From positions 32,001 through 96,000 of IMG/VR virus record IMGVR_UViG_3300031992_000033: a stretch of DNA of 64,000 nt, one strand, 5' to 3'. Position 1 is the first letter of the stretch; every line of letters starts with the position of its first letter. This stretch comes from a virus. Its lineage: Duplodnaviria; Caudoviricetes. The position numbers were made by a program, and so were the translations under genes. The notes under the pieces were generated by a model that did not search any database, was not told the origin of the DNA, and saw only the letters and a program-made list of their open reading frames with translations. Below are positions 56,355-64,000 of the stretch, one piece after another.

Positions 56355-56380
56355 TAGCGGGGAAGTTCCCCGCTATTTTT
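56355..56380 (+). terminator. intrinsic terminator
   Basis: TAGCGGGGA-AGT-TCCCCGCTA followed by TTTTT. Confidence 0.75.
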
Positions 56381-56400
56381 GATTTAAAGGAGAAAAACGT

Positions 56401-57480
56401 ATGGCAACGAATTTAGTACCCGCGCCTACTGGCGACGAACACAAACTCGGTGTCGCAGAAATGCGTAAGCGGTATGACAAAATCGCCACTACGTATAATG
56501 AAATGCTAGAATGCGACATCATGCATTGCGCTAAGTGCGACAACTGGTTTCGCAATACTGGAATGCATAAGGGGTTTTATCAGGATTCCAGATTTAAGTC
56601 TGGGTTCTTCCCCATTTGCAAAGAGTGCGTTCAGATGATGGTTGAACAGCGCAAAAGGGAGAGTGATCTTCCAAATGAAACAAAAGAAAGTGTCAAGTTT
56701 ATATTACAGTTAATGGATAAGCCTTACTACGATGATCTTTATACGAAGTGTGTAGAAGGCGTAAAGAACGGAATGAACGATCCAACAAATAAAAAGATGT
56801 ATGTGTCGCCGTTCAAAACCTATATTACACAAGTACAGAGTCTGCCTAATTATAAGGGACGTAAGTGGAAGGATAGTAAATTTGGTAATTCAGAAGAGCG
56901 CCCTGTCGAAGAACATTACGATGAGAGCGATGAGATATTCGTAAATGCAAAGAAACATTTTGGCAACGAATATACTTTACCAGATTTATATTATCTTGAA
57001 ACTGAATATGCTGACTGGTGTGATAGATATGAATGTAATAGCAAGGCGCAAGAAGAGTTGTTTAAGAACATTGCCTTTACTCAACTTGAATTGCACAAGG
57101 CGCGTTTGAATCATGAGAGCACTGATAAACTCACCGCTACCTTGCAGAAACTTATGGAGACTGGTGATATTACGCCCAAACAAAACAAGAACGATGTTAC
57201 GGGTGGAGTAGAATCTTTCGGACAACTTATACAGAAGTTGGAGGAAACACGTCCAGTAGCCGAAATAGATCCTGAACTTAGAGACGTAGATAAAATTGGA
57301 TTATATATTAGCGTATACTTCTTGGGGCATTTGTGTAAGATGCTTGGCATTAAAAATAAGTACTCTAAGATGTATGACGATTATATGCGACAATATGCTG
57401 CTACCCGTCCTGAGTTTAGTGCAGATGAGGATTCGGAAGACATATTCAATAAAATCTACGGCGGCTCATTAGATGAGTGA
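56401..57480 (+). CDS. probable terminase small subunit (YonG position), N-terminal Zn finger
   Basis: CxxC..CxxC; overlaps the terminase large subunit start. Confidence 0.6.
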   Translation: MATNLVPAPTGDEHKLGVAEMRKRYDKIATTYNEMLECDIMHCAKCDNWFRNTGMHKGFYQDSRFKSGFFPICKECVQMMVEQRKRESDLPNETKESVKFILQLMDKPYYDDLYTKCVEGVKNGMNDPTNKKMYVSPFKTYITQVQSLPNYKGRKWKDSKFGNSEERPVEEHYDESDEIFVNAKKHFGNEYTLPDLYYLETEYADWCDRYECNSKAQEELFKNIAFTQLELHKARLNHESTDKLTATLQKLMETGDITPKQNKNDVTGGVESFGQLIQKLEETRPVAEIDPELRDVDKIGLYISVYFLGHLCKMLGIKNKYSKMYDDYMRQYAATRPEFSADEDSEDIFNKIYGGSLDE

Positions 57481-59242
57481 TAAAAAAAGTTTTTCTCAGA
57501 TACAGCAAGAAAAATACGAAAACCTAATGGAGGGTGTCAGCATATGGGCGGCGTTTTATCGTGCGAATCCTCAACGTCTCGCTGCTGAATTTTTGAATAT
57601 ACAGTTGGGTATATTTCAAAAGATCTTGCTATATGTGATGAATTTATGTACAGTCTTCAACTGGATTGCAAGCCGCGGACTGGGCAAAACCTACTTAATC
57701 GCACTGTATTGTGTGATTAGATGTATACTCTATCCCGCTACTAAAGTATGTGTGGCGTCTGGAGTTAAGTCTCAGGCTGCTGAAATAATTGGCAAAATAG
57801 AAACAGACTTTATGAAACTTCACGATTGGGGTAGTAGAAATCTTGCAAATGAAATTGAAGAGATAAGCACATCAATAAATAATCCACATGTTAATTTTAA
57901 AAACGGATCATGGATTAAAGTTGTTACCGCGAGCGACAATGCTCGTAGTAATCGTGCAACTATAGTGATTATAGACGAGTCAAGAATGGTTAAGAAAAAG
58001 ATTGTAGACACTGTTCTTAGAAAGTTCTTGACCTCGCTTAGAAAACCACCCTATATGGATCTTCCTCAATACAAAAGAAATCCTAAGTATCAGGAAAGAA
58101 ATATAGAAATGTACATGACTTCTGCGTACTACAAGAGTTCGTGGATATTTGAAAAGTGTAAGTCCGATGCAGCTCTTATGCTTGACGAAACAAAGAAATA
58201 TTTCTGTTGTGGTCTTCCGTATGAGGTTGGTATTGAAGAGGGTATTTTCTCGCAAGAAGCCGTTGAGGACGAAATGGCAGAAGCGGATTTTGACCCCATA
58301 TCTTTTAGAATGGAACGTGAGGCTTTGTTCTATGGCGAAGCCGAAGATGCATTCTATAAATTTGATGAAGTGTCTAGTTGTAGAATAATAAAGAATGCCT
58401 TTCTTCCGTTAGAATTTTATGAAAAGCGTGGAATTAATGTGCCTGATCTTGCAGAAGGCGAGCGCCGCATATTATCCGTGGACGTTGCGCTTATGGCAAC
58501 AAAGGCTACCAATAACGACGCCACCGCAATAGAAATTAATATTGCAACGCCAAGCAATAATGGTATGGCGTCACACATTGTTTACGTCGAAACTCTTGAG
58601 GGTAAGACAACTGATGAAGTTGGTATTATCATTATGAGATATTTTAATCATTACAAATGCACAGATCTTGTGCTTGATACTAACGGACTAGGTCTTGGCG
58701 TATACGACTTTATTGCGCGTCAGCAATTTGATGCAGAGACAGGAGAAACCTATGACGCTATGTGTAGTTGCAATGATGTAACTATGGCTGAACGCTGTCA
58801 TGATCCTAATGCAAATAAATGTGTGTGGACTATTAAGGCGTATGCACAGGAAAACTCGGAAATGGCAACAGCACTTCGTGCGGGAATCCAAACTGGAAAT
58901 TTGTCATTGCTTATTAACGAGTATGATGCTGAGCAAAGTATCAAAAAGATATCTGGTTATGGTACAATGACGACGGAAGAAAGAGTGAAGTTGCTTATGC
59001 CTTATGCACAAACAACCGCTCTTGTTAACGAAATGGTAAATCTTGAGGGTAAGATTATAGACAATAAGGTTAAACTTAAGGAACATTCTGGAATGCGAAA
59101 GGATAGATTCTCAAGTCTTGAATATAATTATTATGTCGCTCAGGAAATTGGTAGAGAAAATCAACGCAAAGGAAATCAAGATAAACAAACGTTAGTTGGT
59201 CTTCTCGCTTCTTCTATCAGGAAGAGTTCTATTTTAAAGTAA
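57473..59242 (+). CDS. terL: terminase large subunit, YonF-like
   Basis: ASRGLGKT Walker A, IIDES Walker B, ILSVDVA and KDRFSS nuclease motifs. Confidence 0.93.
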   Translation: MSDKKSFSQIQQEKYENLMEGVSIWAAFYRANPQRLAAEFLNIQLGIFQKILLYVMNLCTVFNWIASRGLGKTYLIALYCVIRCILYPATKVCVASGVKSQAAEIIGKIETDFMKLHDWGSRNLANEIEEISTSINNPHVNFKNGSWIKVVTASDNARSNRATIVIIDESRMVKKKIVDTVLRKFLTSLRKPPYMDLPQYKRNPKYQERNIEMYMTSAYYKSSWIFEKCKSDAALMLDETKKYFCCGLPYEVGIEEGIFSQEAVEDEMAEADFDPISFRMEREALFYGEAEDAFYKFDEVSSCRIIKNAFLPLEFYEKRGINVPDLAEGERRILSVDVALMATKATNNDATAIEINIATPSNNGMASHIVYVETLEGKTTDEVGIIIMRYFNHYKCTDLVLDTNGLGLGVYDFIARQQFDAETGETYDAMCSCNDVTMAERCHDPNANKCVWTIKAYAQENSEMATALRAGIQTGNLSLLINEYDAEQSIKKISGYGTMTTEERVKLLMPYAQTTALVNEMVNLEGKIIDNKVKLKEHSGMRKDRFSSLEYNYYVAQEIGRENQRKGNQDKQTLVGLLASSIRKSSILK

Positions 59243-59246
59243 TATT

Positions 59247-59281
59247 AGACAGCATAGGCGTCAAAACTTATGCTGTTTTTT
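59247..59281 (+). terminator. intrinsic terminator
   Basis: ACAGCATAGG..CTTATGCTGT followed by a T-run. Confidence 0.75.
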
Positions 59282-59344
59282 CATGGGTAATTCTCTGCCC
59301 GACATGAGAAAGGAAACAAAATACTAAAGAAAGGAACGGGGATT

Positions 59345-59818
59345 ATGGATATAATTACTTATGTGCTGTCGAGAAAATATACAGACAAAACCGTTAAAGG
59401 TCTCGGCGCTCTAAAGGGTGCTCCGTGCAAAGTCGAATCAATTGTTCCCATTCAGGGCGGACAACGAATAACTTTGTCGTGGGAGACCGACGACGGCATC
59501 AAAGAAACGCAATCCTTTGATGTTATGAATGGCGAAGATGGTGCAGATGGTATTGGTATTTCATCGGTAAGTATCAATGGATCGTATCATTTAATAGTTA
59601 CTTATTCAAATGGAACTAGTGTTGATGCTGGATCTGTAGTTCCCGATTACGAACAGTTACAGAACCTACCAGAGATAAACGGAGTTCAACTTACTGGAGA
59701 CAAGTCCATAGAAGATTTAGGACTAGTCAACAATGATACTACTTATATGGATAATGGAGGGGCTGTGGCTATTAGTTGCATAACTAGTGAACAGATCGCA
59801 GCGTTGTTTGAAAATTAA
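59345..59818 (+). CDS. fibre/decoration-like protein
   Basis: GEDGADGIGISSV, YEQLQNLPEINGVQLTGDKS and C-terminal ITSEQIAALF. Confidence 0.65.
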   Translation: MDIITYVLSRKYTDKTVKGLGALKGAPCKVESIVPIQGGQRITLSWETDDGIKETQSFDVMNGEDGADGIGISSVSINGSYHLIVTYSNGTSVDAGSVVPDYEQLQNLPEINGVQLTGDKSIEDLGLVNNDTTYMDNGGAVAISCITSEQIAALFEN

Positions 59819-59830
59819 TGAGGTGAAATT

Positions 59831-60643
59831 ATGGCGGATATTACAAAATCATTTTTAACACATGAAGGTCTGCAAGAGTATGATACTAAGATAAAGGAGT
59901 TTATCGCGGGTAGCACAAGTGGCGGAGAAGTGTATGTCACTGAAACTGCTGGTGGTTCATCCGATCCTTTCGGAAAAAGATATGGACTATATCAGGGTGG
60001 CGGAAGTGCACAAGCACCCGTTCCCGCAGAGAAGATAGCAGACATTGACATCCCTAAAGACATGGTTGTTGAGTCGGGTTCTGTTGTTGATATCACATAT
60101 TCTAATGGAAAACTTTACGACAATGGTACTGATGTTACCGCTCTTATTAAAGGAACGGGCGGAACTGCAACAGCAGCCGACGCGGGTAAGTACTTAAAAC
60201 TTATTATCGCAAATGCTACAAGCGATGTTGTTTATATTTCAGTAAAGGATCTTGGACAGATATATACTGTACAGCCTAATGCTTCTGAAGTGCAACTCGC
60301 TATTGACGCGAACAATGTTATTTCGGCAACCATCGTAACTATTGATGGTAGCAAGATTACATATTCTGTAAATGAGACTGTTAAGCAAGCGCTTACCAGA
60401 CTCGACGGATCTGATTCAACTACTGGATCAGTATCAAAGAAAATTAAGGATGCTATTAGTGCATTAGACACTAGTGCTAATGTTCCTATTGCCACTTATT
60501 ACGCTGCAACTGGCTCTGCTGGAGATAAGATTGAACTTACTAGCGCCATTGCAGAATCAGACGGAATAGTGGAAGGAGTTTCTGGCAACAAGATTATTCT
60601 TACTGCTATAACAAACGCACAGATAGATGCTTTATTCTCATAA
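59831..60643 (+). CDS. fibre/decoration-like protein
   Basis: IDIPKDMVVESG, TTGSVSKKIKDA and C-terminal ITNAQIDALF. Confidence 0.65.
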   Translation: MADITKSFLTHEGLQEYDTKIKEFIAGSTSGGEVYVTETAGGSSDPFGKRYGLYQGGGSAQAPVPAEKIADIDIPKDMVVESGSVVDITYSNGKLYDNGTDVTALIKGTGGTATAADAGKYLKLIIANATSDVVYISVKDLGQIYTVQPNASEVQLAIDANNVISATIVTIDGSKITYSVNETVKQALTRLDGSDSTTGSVSKKIKDAISALDTSANVPIATYYAATGSAGDKIELTSAIAESDGIVEGVSGNKIILTAITNAQIDALFS

Positions 60644-60665
60644 ATTGTAAAAGGAGGTTTGGGAA

Positions 60666-62693
60666 ATGGCAGATGTAAATAAAGAGTTCCTCGATCTCCA
60701 AGGATTAGAGAGATATAACTCGGATATAAAAACTTATATCGACAGCAAGATTGGTAATTCTGGTGGAAGTAAAATAATAAAAAATCAAACCTTAACCTTT
60801 ACTAATCTTGTTGCAACAATAAGTGACACAGATATTACTGCGGATTCTGACTTTGCTGTATATTATTATAATATAGCGGCAGCAGAGGCTGCGGATATAA
60901 CGGCAGTATCAAGTAGCGGCACTATAACTTTTACTGCTCAAAATAATCCTTCAAGCACTATAGTGGTTGATGTTGTGCTTTTTGATGTTAGTGGAGAAAA
61001 TAATACTGGTCTACCTTCATACTACAATGTGGAATTTGAAACTACGAAGGCAAGTTTATTTAATCTCTTATCTATATATCCAGAGTGTTTAAATCTTGTA
61101 TTTATGACAGATTTACATTTTAGTTCAAAGAATGGTGGTTATCATCCTGAACTTTTAAGAGACCCTTTATTCAGAACTATAAAAGCGGCTAAAAAGTTTA
61201 TGGCGCAAATGCCAATAGATATGTTTGTATTAGGTGGAGATTATATGCAGTTTGATGCAAACAATACCACTAAGCAAATGGGTATAGATAATATTACAGA
61301 ATTAAATGAACTTGTAGATGGATCTGCAATTCCGACATTTTTACTGACAGGAAATCATGACGCACATTATAATGGCGGAACAGGAGTAGGATTAAGCAAT
61401 AATGAACTTTTTGCTTTATTATCAAGAAAAAATATTTATCCATATGACATAGAGATGGTTAGTCTTAATACTGGTGTAATGGTAAATAGTAAAGCACATT
61501 TATGTTGCGTTTTTATATCTACTTCGTCTTCTGCTGAAACAGCGTCTGTAGTAAGTAGAGATTGGGGTGGCGTTAGAACCATTAATTCTAATAATTATCC
61601 AGTTGTGATATTTAATCATTTCGGATCTACGGATGCGGCACAAGATGATGTTGATAGTGACATTAAGACTTGTATTGATACAATTCAGACTGCTGGTGAT
61701 ACTATAATTGCTTGGATAAGTGGACATAAACATTTTGATTGGGTTCACGTTTATAATAATACTCTTGTTATAAGTATTCTTAATTCTGGATATTGGACTA
61801 ATAATCAGGGTCAAGATGGACAGATATATAACAAAACAGTAGAGACTGCCAACGAGAGCGCTTTCTCTGTCATTTCAGTTAATCCAATAACTGGAAAATT
61901 GTATGTGTTTAGATTCGGCGCTGGCGTAGACTTCGAGTGTAATTATAATACCACAAGCGGTGCAGTAGGACGTATTGGATATTTACCTACTGATACATGC
62001 ACTATAACTCAGAATCTGCTTGGTGGTACTGGATCAACAAATAGTTCAACTATAATATCTACTGGAAGTTCATACAATAATACTATTACAGTTCCTGATT
62101 CTCACTTTACTATTGGTACTGTAACTGTTCTTATGAATGGCAACGATATTACATCAACTGCATACAACGCTTCAACACATGCGATTAGTATACCTTCGGT
62201 AACTGGAAATATTACTGTGACTGCAAATGCAACAAATGATTATATATTGGCAGTAGCGGAACTTGGATCTTTTGAACAATATAATAATTCTACTCCCGCT
62301 TCTGCGGAATATCTCGGATCGAACGACTTTAGTATGTATACCGATTATCGTAATTCAGGTATTAATGCATATGCAGATTTACACTCTGCTGTAGCCCAGT
62401 CTGAAAATTGGTATTTAAAAGCGGATTCCGTTGATATTGGTGATTATGCCAATACTGGATGGGTCATTCGTGCTTATTTCTATGACAGCAATGGTAATCA
62501 ATTGGGAAGTAATGTTGATTTCTTAACATCTTCTACAGAGGTTACATCCATAGTTAATGGACGAAGTGGATGGATTGGCTCGTCTATCGTTGGGGCTGTT
62601 CGTGTAAAAGTTGAAATAAGAACGTCAAATAATACTACGACCCCTATTGGAGTACGCTTCACAAATCTCAGACTCCAATCAACAAACAATTGA
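60666..62693 (+). CDS. multidomain protein: fibre-type N-terminus, metallophosphoesterase, and Ig/carbohydrate-binding-like C-terminus
   Basis: TDLH, GGD, GNHD and GHKH motifs; Thr/Asn-rich beta domains. Confidence 0.75.
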   Translation: MADVNKEFLDLQGLERYNSDIKTYIDSKIGNSGGSKIIKNQTLTFTNLVATISDTDITADSDFAVYYYNIAAAEAADITAVSSSGTITFTAQNNPSSTIVVDVVLFDVSGENNTGLPSYYNVEFETTKASLFNLLSIYPECLNLVFMTDLHFSSKNGGYHPELLRDPLFRTIKAAKKFMAQMPIDMFVLGGDYMQFDANNTTKQMGIDNITELNELVDGSAIPTFLLTGNHDAHYNGGTGVGLSNNELFALLSRKNIYPYDIEMVSLNTGVMVNSKAHLCCVFISTSSSAETASVVSRDWGGVRTINSNNYPVVIFNHFGSTDAAQDDVDSDIKTCIDTIQTAGDTIIAWISGHKHFDWVHVYNNTLVISILNSGYWTNNQGQDGQIYNKTVETANESAFSVISVNPITGKLYVFRFGAGVDFECNYNTTSGAVGRIGYLPTDTCTITQNLLGGTGSTNSSTIISTGSSYNNTITVPDSHFTIGTVTVLMNGNDITSTAYNASTHAISIPSVTGNITVTANATNDYILAVAELGSFEQYNNSTPASAEYLGSNDFSMYTDYRNSGINAYADLHSAVAQSENWYLKADSVDIGDYANTGWVIRAYFYDSNGNQLGSNVDFLTSSTEVTSIVNGRSGWIGSSIVGAVRVKVEIRTSNNTTTPIGVRFTNLRLQSTNN

Positions 62694-62705
62694 TAGGAGG
62701 CAGAT

Positions 62706-63500
62706 ATGAACGGCATAAATAATTTAAATAAGAAAGGTGTGTCAGCACTTGAAGATTTAACAGATGTAAATATTACTAATCCGATAAACGGACAAGTGAT
62801 TAAATATGATGCTATAAATGATAAGTGGATGAATGCGAATGAAAGCGGCGGGTCTACTTCTAATATTAGATTGTTTGAGACACTGACTTATGCAGAGGTT
62901 AAAGCGAGTGACTCGCCAACGTCACCATTTATTATAAACGATAATGTATTAACTTCTACCGCAAGTAGTATGACAAATTCAGAAACCAACATATTATCTA
63001 CCAACACTATTGATTTATCTTATGTTGATTTAATTGAGATTACATTGCATTCAGCAACATTTTATTCGGGAAGTCTTTGGAACGGTTTCTTCTATGTATG
63101 TAATGATGATACGGAAATAAGAAATGATACTTATCCATCCGTATCAGACAAAATCGTATTTAGTGATACGTCTACCCCTGTAAAGTATTATTTTGATGTG
63201 TCTCAATTGACAGGTAGTTGGTATATTGGAGTATGTACGGGTGGTCATACTGATTTAGTTGTTAGTGCTGTTATTGTTGGAATGGGTTCGGGTGGTCACA
63301 CCATTATTAATGAAAACAATACTGAAATGACCCAAAGAGCAAATTTACAGTTTACGGGTAATGTAACTGTGTCTGACAATCCTACGAACAACAAAACAGT
63401 TGTTAATATTGGTTCGTATACTCTTACAGCCCAAGACAAAAGCGACATCGCTGATATTGTTCTTGCAGAACTGCCTGTAGCAGAAAGCGAGGTGGTCTAA
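62706..63500 (+). CDS. fibre-like protein
   Basis: LEDLTDVNITNPINGQVIKYD..W repeat; C-terminal YTLTAQDKSDIA. Confidence 0.65.
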   Translation: MNGINNLNKKGVSALEDLTDVNITNPINGQVIKYDAINDKWMNANESGGSTSNIRLFETLTYAEVKASDSPTSPFIINDNVLTSTASSMTNSETNILSTNTIDLSYVDLIEITLHSATFYSGSLWNGFFYVCNDDTEIRNDTYPSVSDKIVFSDTSTPVKYYFDVSQLTGSWYIGVCTGGHTDLVVSAVIVGMGSGGHTIINENNTEMTQRANLQFTGNVTVSDNPTNNKTVVNIGSYTLTAQDKSDIADIVLAELPVAESEVV

Positions 63501-64000
63501 TGTCATTATGGACAATAAATGACAGTACGCTCGTTGACATCGCTGATGCTATACGTGCAAAGCGCGGAACTTCTTCGCCTATTCAGGTAGATGAATTGGC
63601 AGACGAGATTGCTCTTATCGAGGGAGATGGCTTATTAAGAGATAGGCTTATAATTCCTGACAAGTATAACACTGGATGTCATGGAGAACTTACAAAATTT
63701 GATTACTCTACCGATACAAGTGGATTGATTTGGAGAGACGCTAGTGCAACCCTTGATTTTAATAACGGTAGGGCTGTTCAAAATCTCTCGGATAATCAGG
63801 TCATAGTTTTTGAGAATTATGATTTCACAGGCTCTAGTCCTTTTTATTTTATGAATGTTCAAAGTTATACTTCGAGTTCAACATATTATAAAAACAATTT
63901 AAAATTCATATTCAAAAATTGTCTCTTTGAATGGGTAAGACAAGACTACCCCTTCACGGATACTGCTGTGATTGGTCTTGAATTTTATAATTGTACTTTT
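63500..64000 (+). CDS. fibre-associated protein (partial, not in ORF track)
   Basis: ATG overlaps the upstream stop; MSLWTINDSTLVDIADAIRAKRG..; appears open to the window end. Confidence 0.7.
   Translation, partial: MSLWTINDSTLVDIADAIRAKRGTSSPIQVDELADEIALIEGDGLLRDRLIIPDKYNTGCHGELTKFDYSTDTSGLIWRDASATLDFNNGRAVQNLSDNQVIVFENYDFTGSSPFYFMNVQSYTSSSTYYKNNLKFIFKNCLFEWVRQDYPFTDTAVIGLEFYNCTF

Noticed and set aside
1-64000. Stop-codon reassignment
   Set aside because: Long conserved genes are intact in the standard code, and TAA, TAG and TGA all occur as stops.

Overview
A 64-kb segment of a large tailed phage, SPbeta-like in gene order, with a Firmicutes (probably Clostridia) host inferred from sigma-A promoters and GGAGG ribosome-binding sites. 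Two arms diverge from a non-coding centre at about 46.5-47.6 kb. The minus-strand arm carries about 100 small early or accessory genes, a tyrosine recombinase, and a replication module (AAA ATPase, DnaB helicase, primase, Fe-S nuclease) with a cysteine desulfurase inserted in it. The plus-strand arm carries a wHTH protein, a SleB-like hydrolase, an RlmN-like radical SAM enzyme, a YonO-like single-subunit RNA polymerase, ClpP, a phosphoesterase, terminase subunits and fibre-like genes. The main observations not shown by the ORF track are four. (1) Three RBS-equipped minigenes encode [I/L]R[A/P]PP ribosome-arrest-like peptides. (2) An ORF-free, multi-pseudoknot RNA of about 465 nt, with its own promoter, a boxA-like element and a terminator, heads the early arm. 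(3) A 342-nt group I intron splits the RNA polymerase exactly at its catalytic Asp motif. (4) An origin-like centre contains G-tracts and TATAG microrepeats. All family assignments come from motif recognition by eye; no database searches were run.
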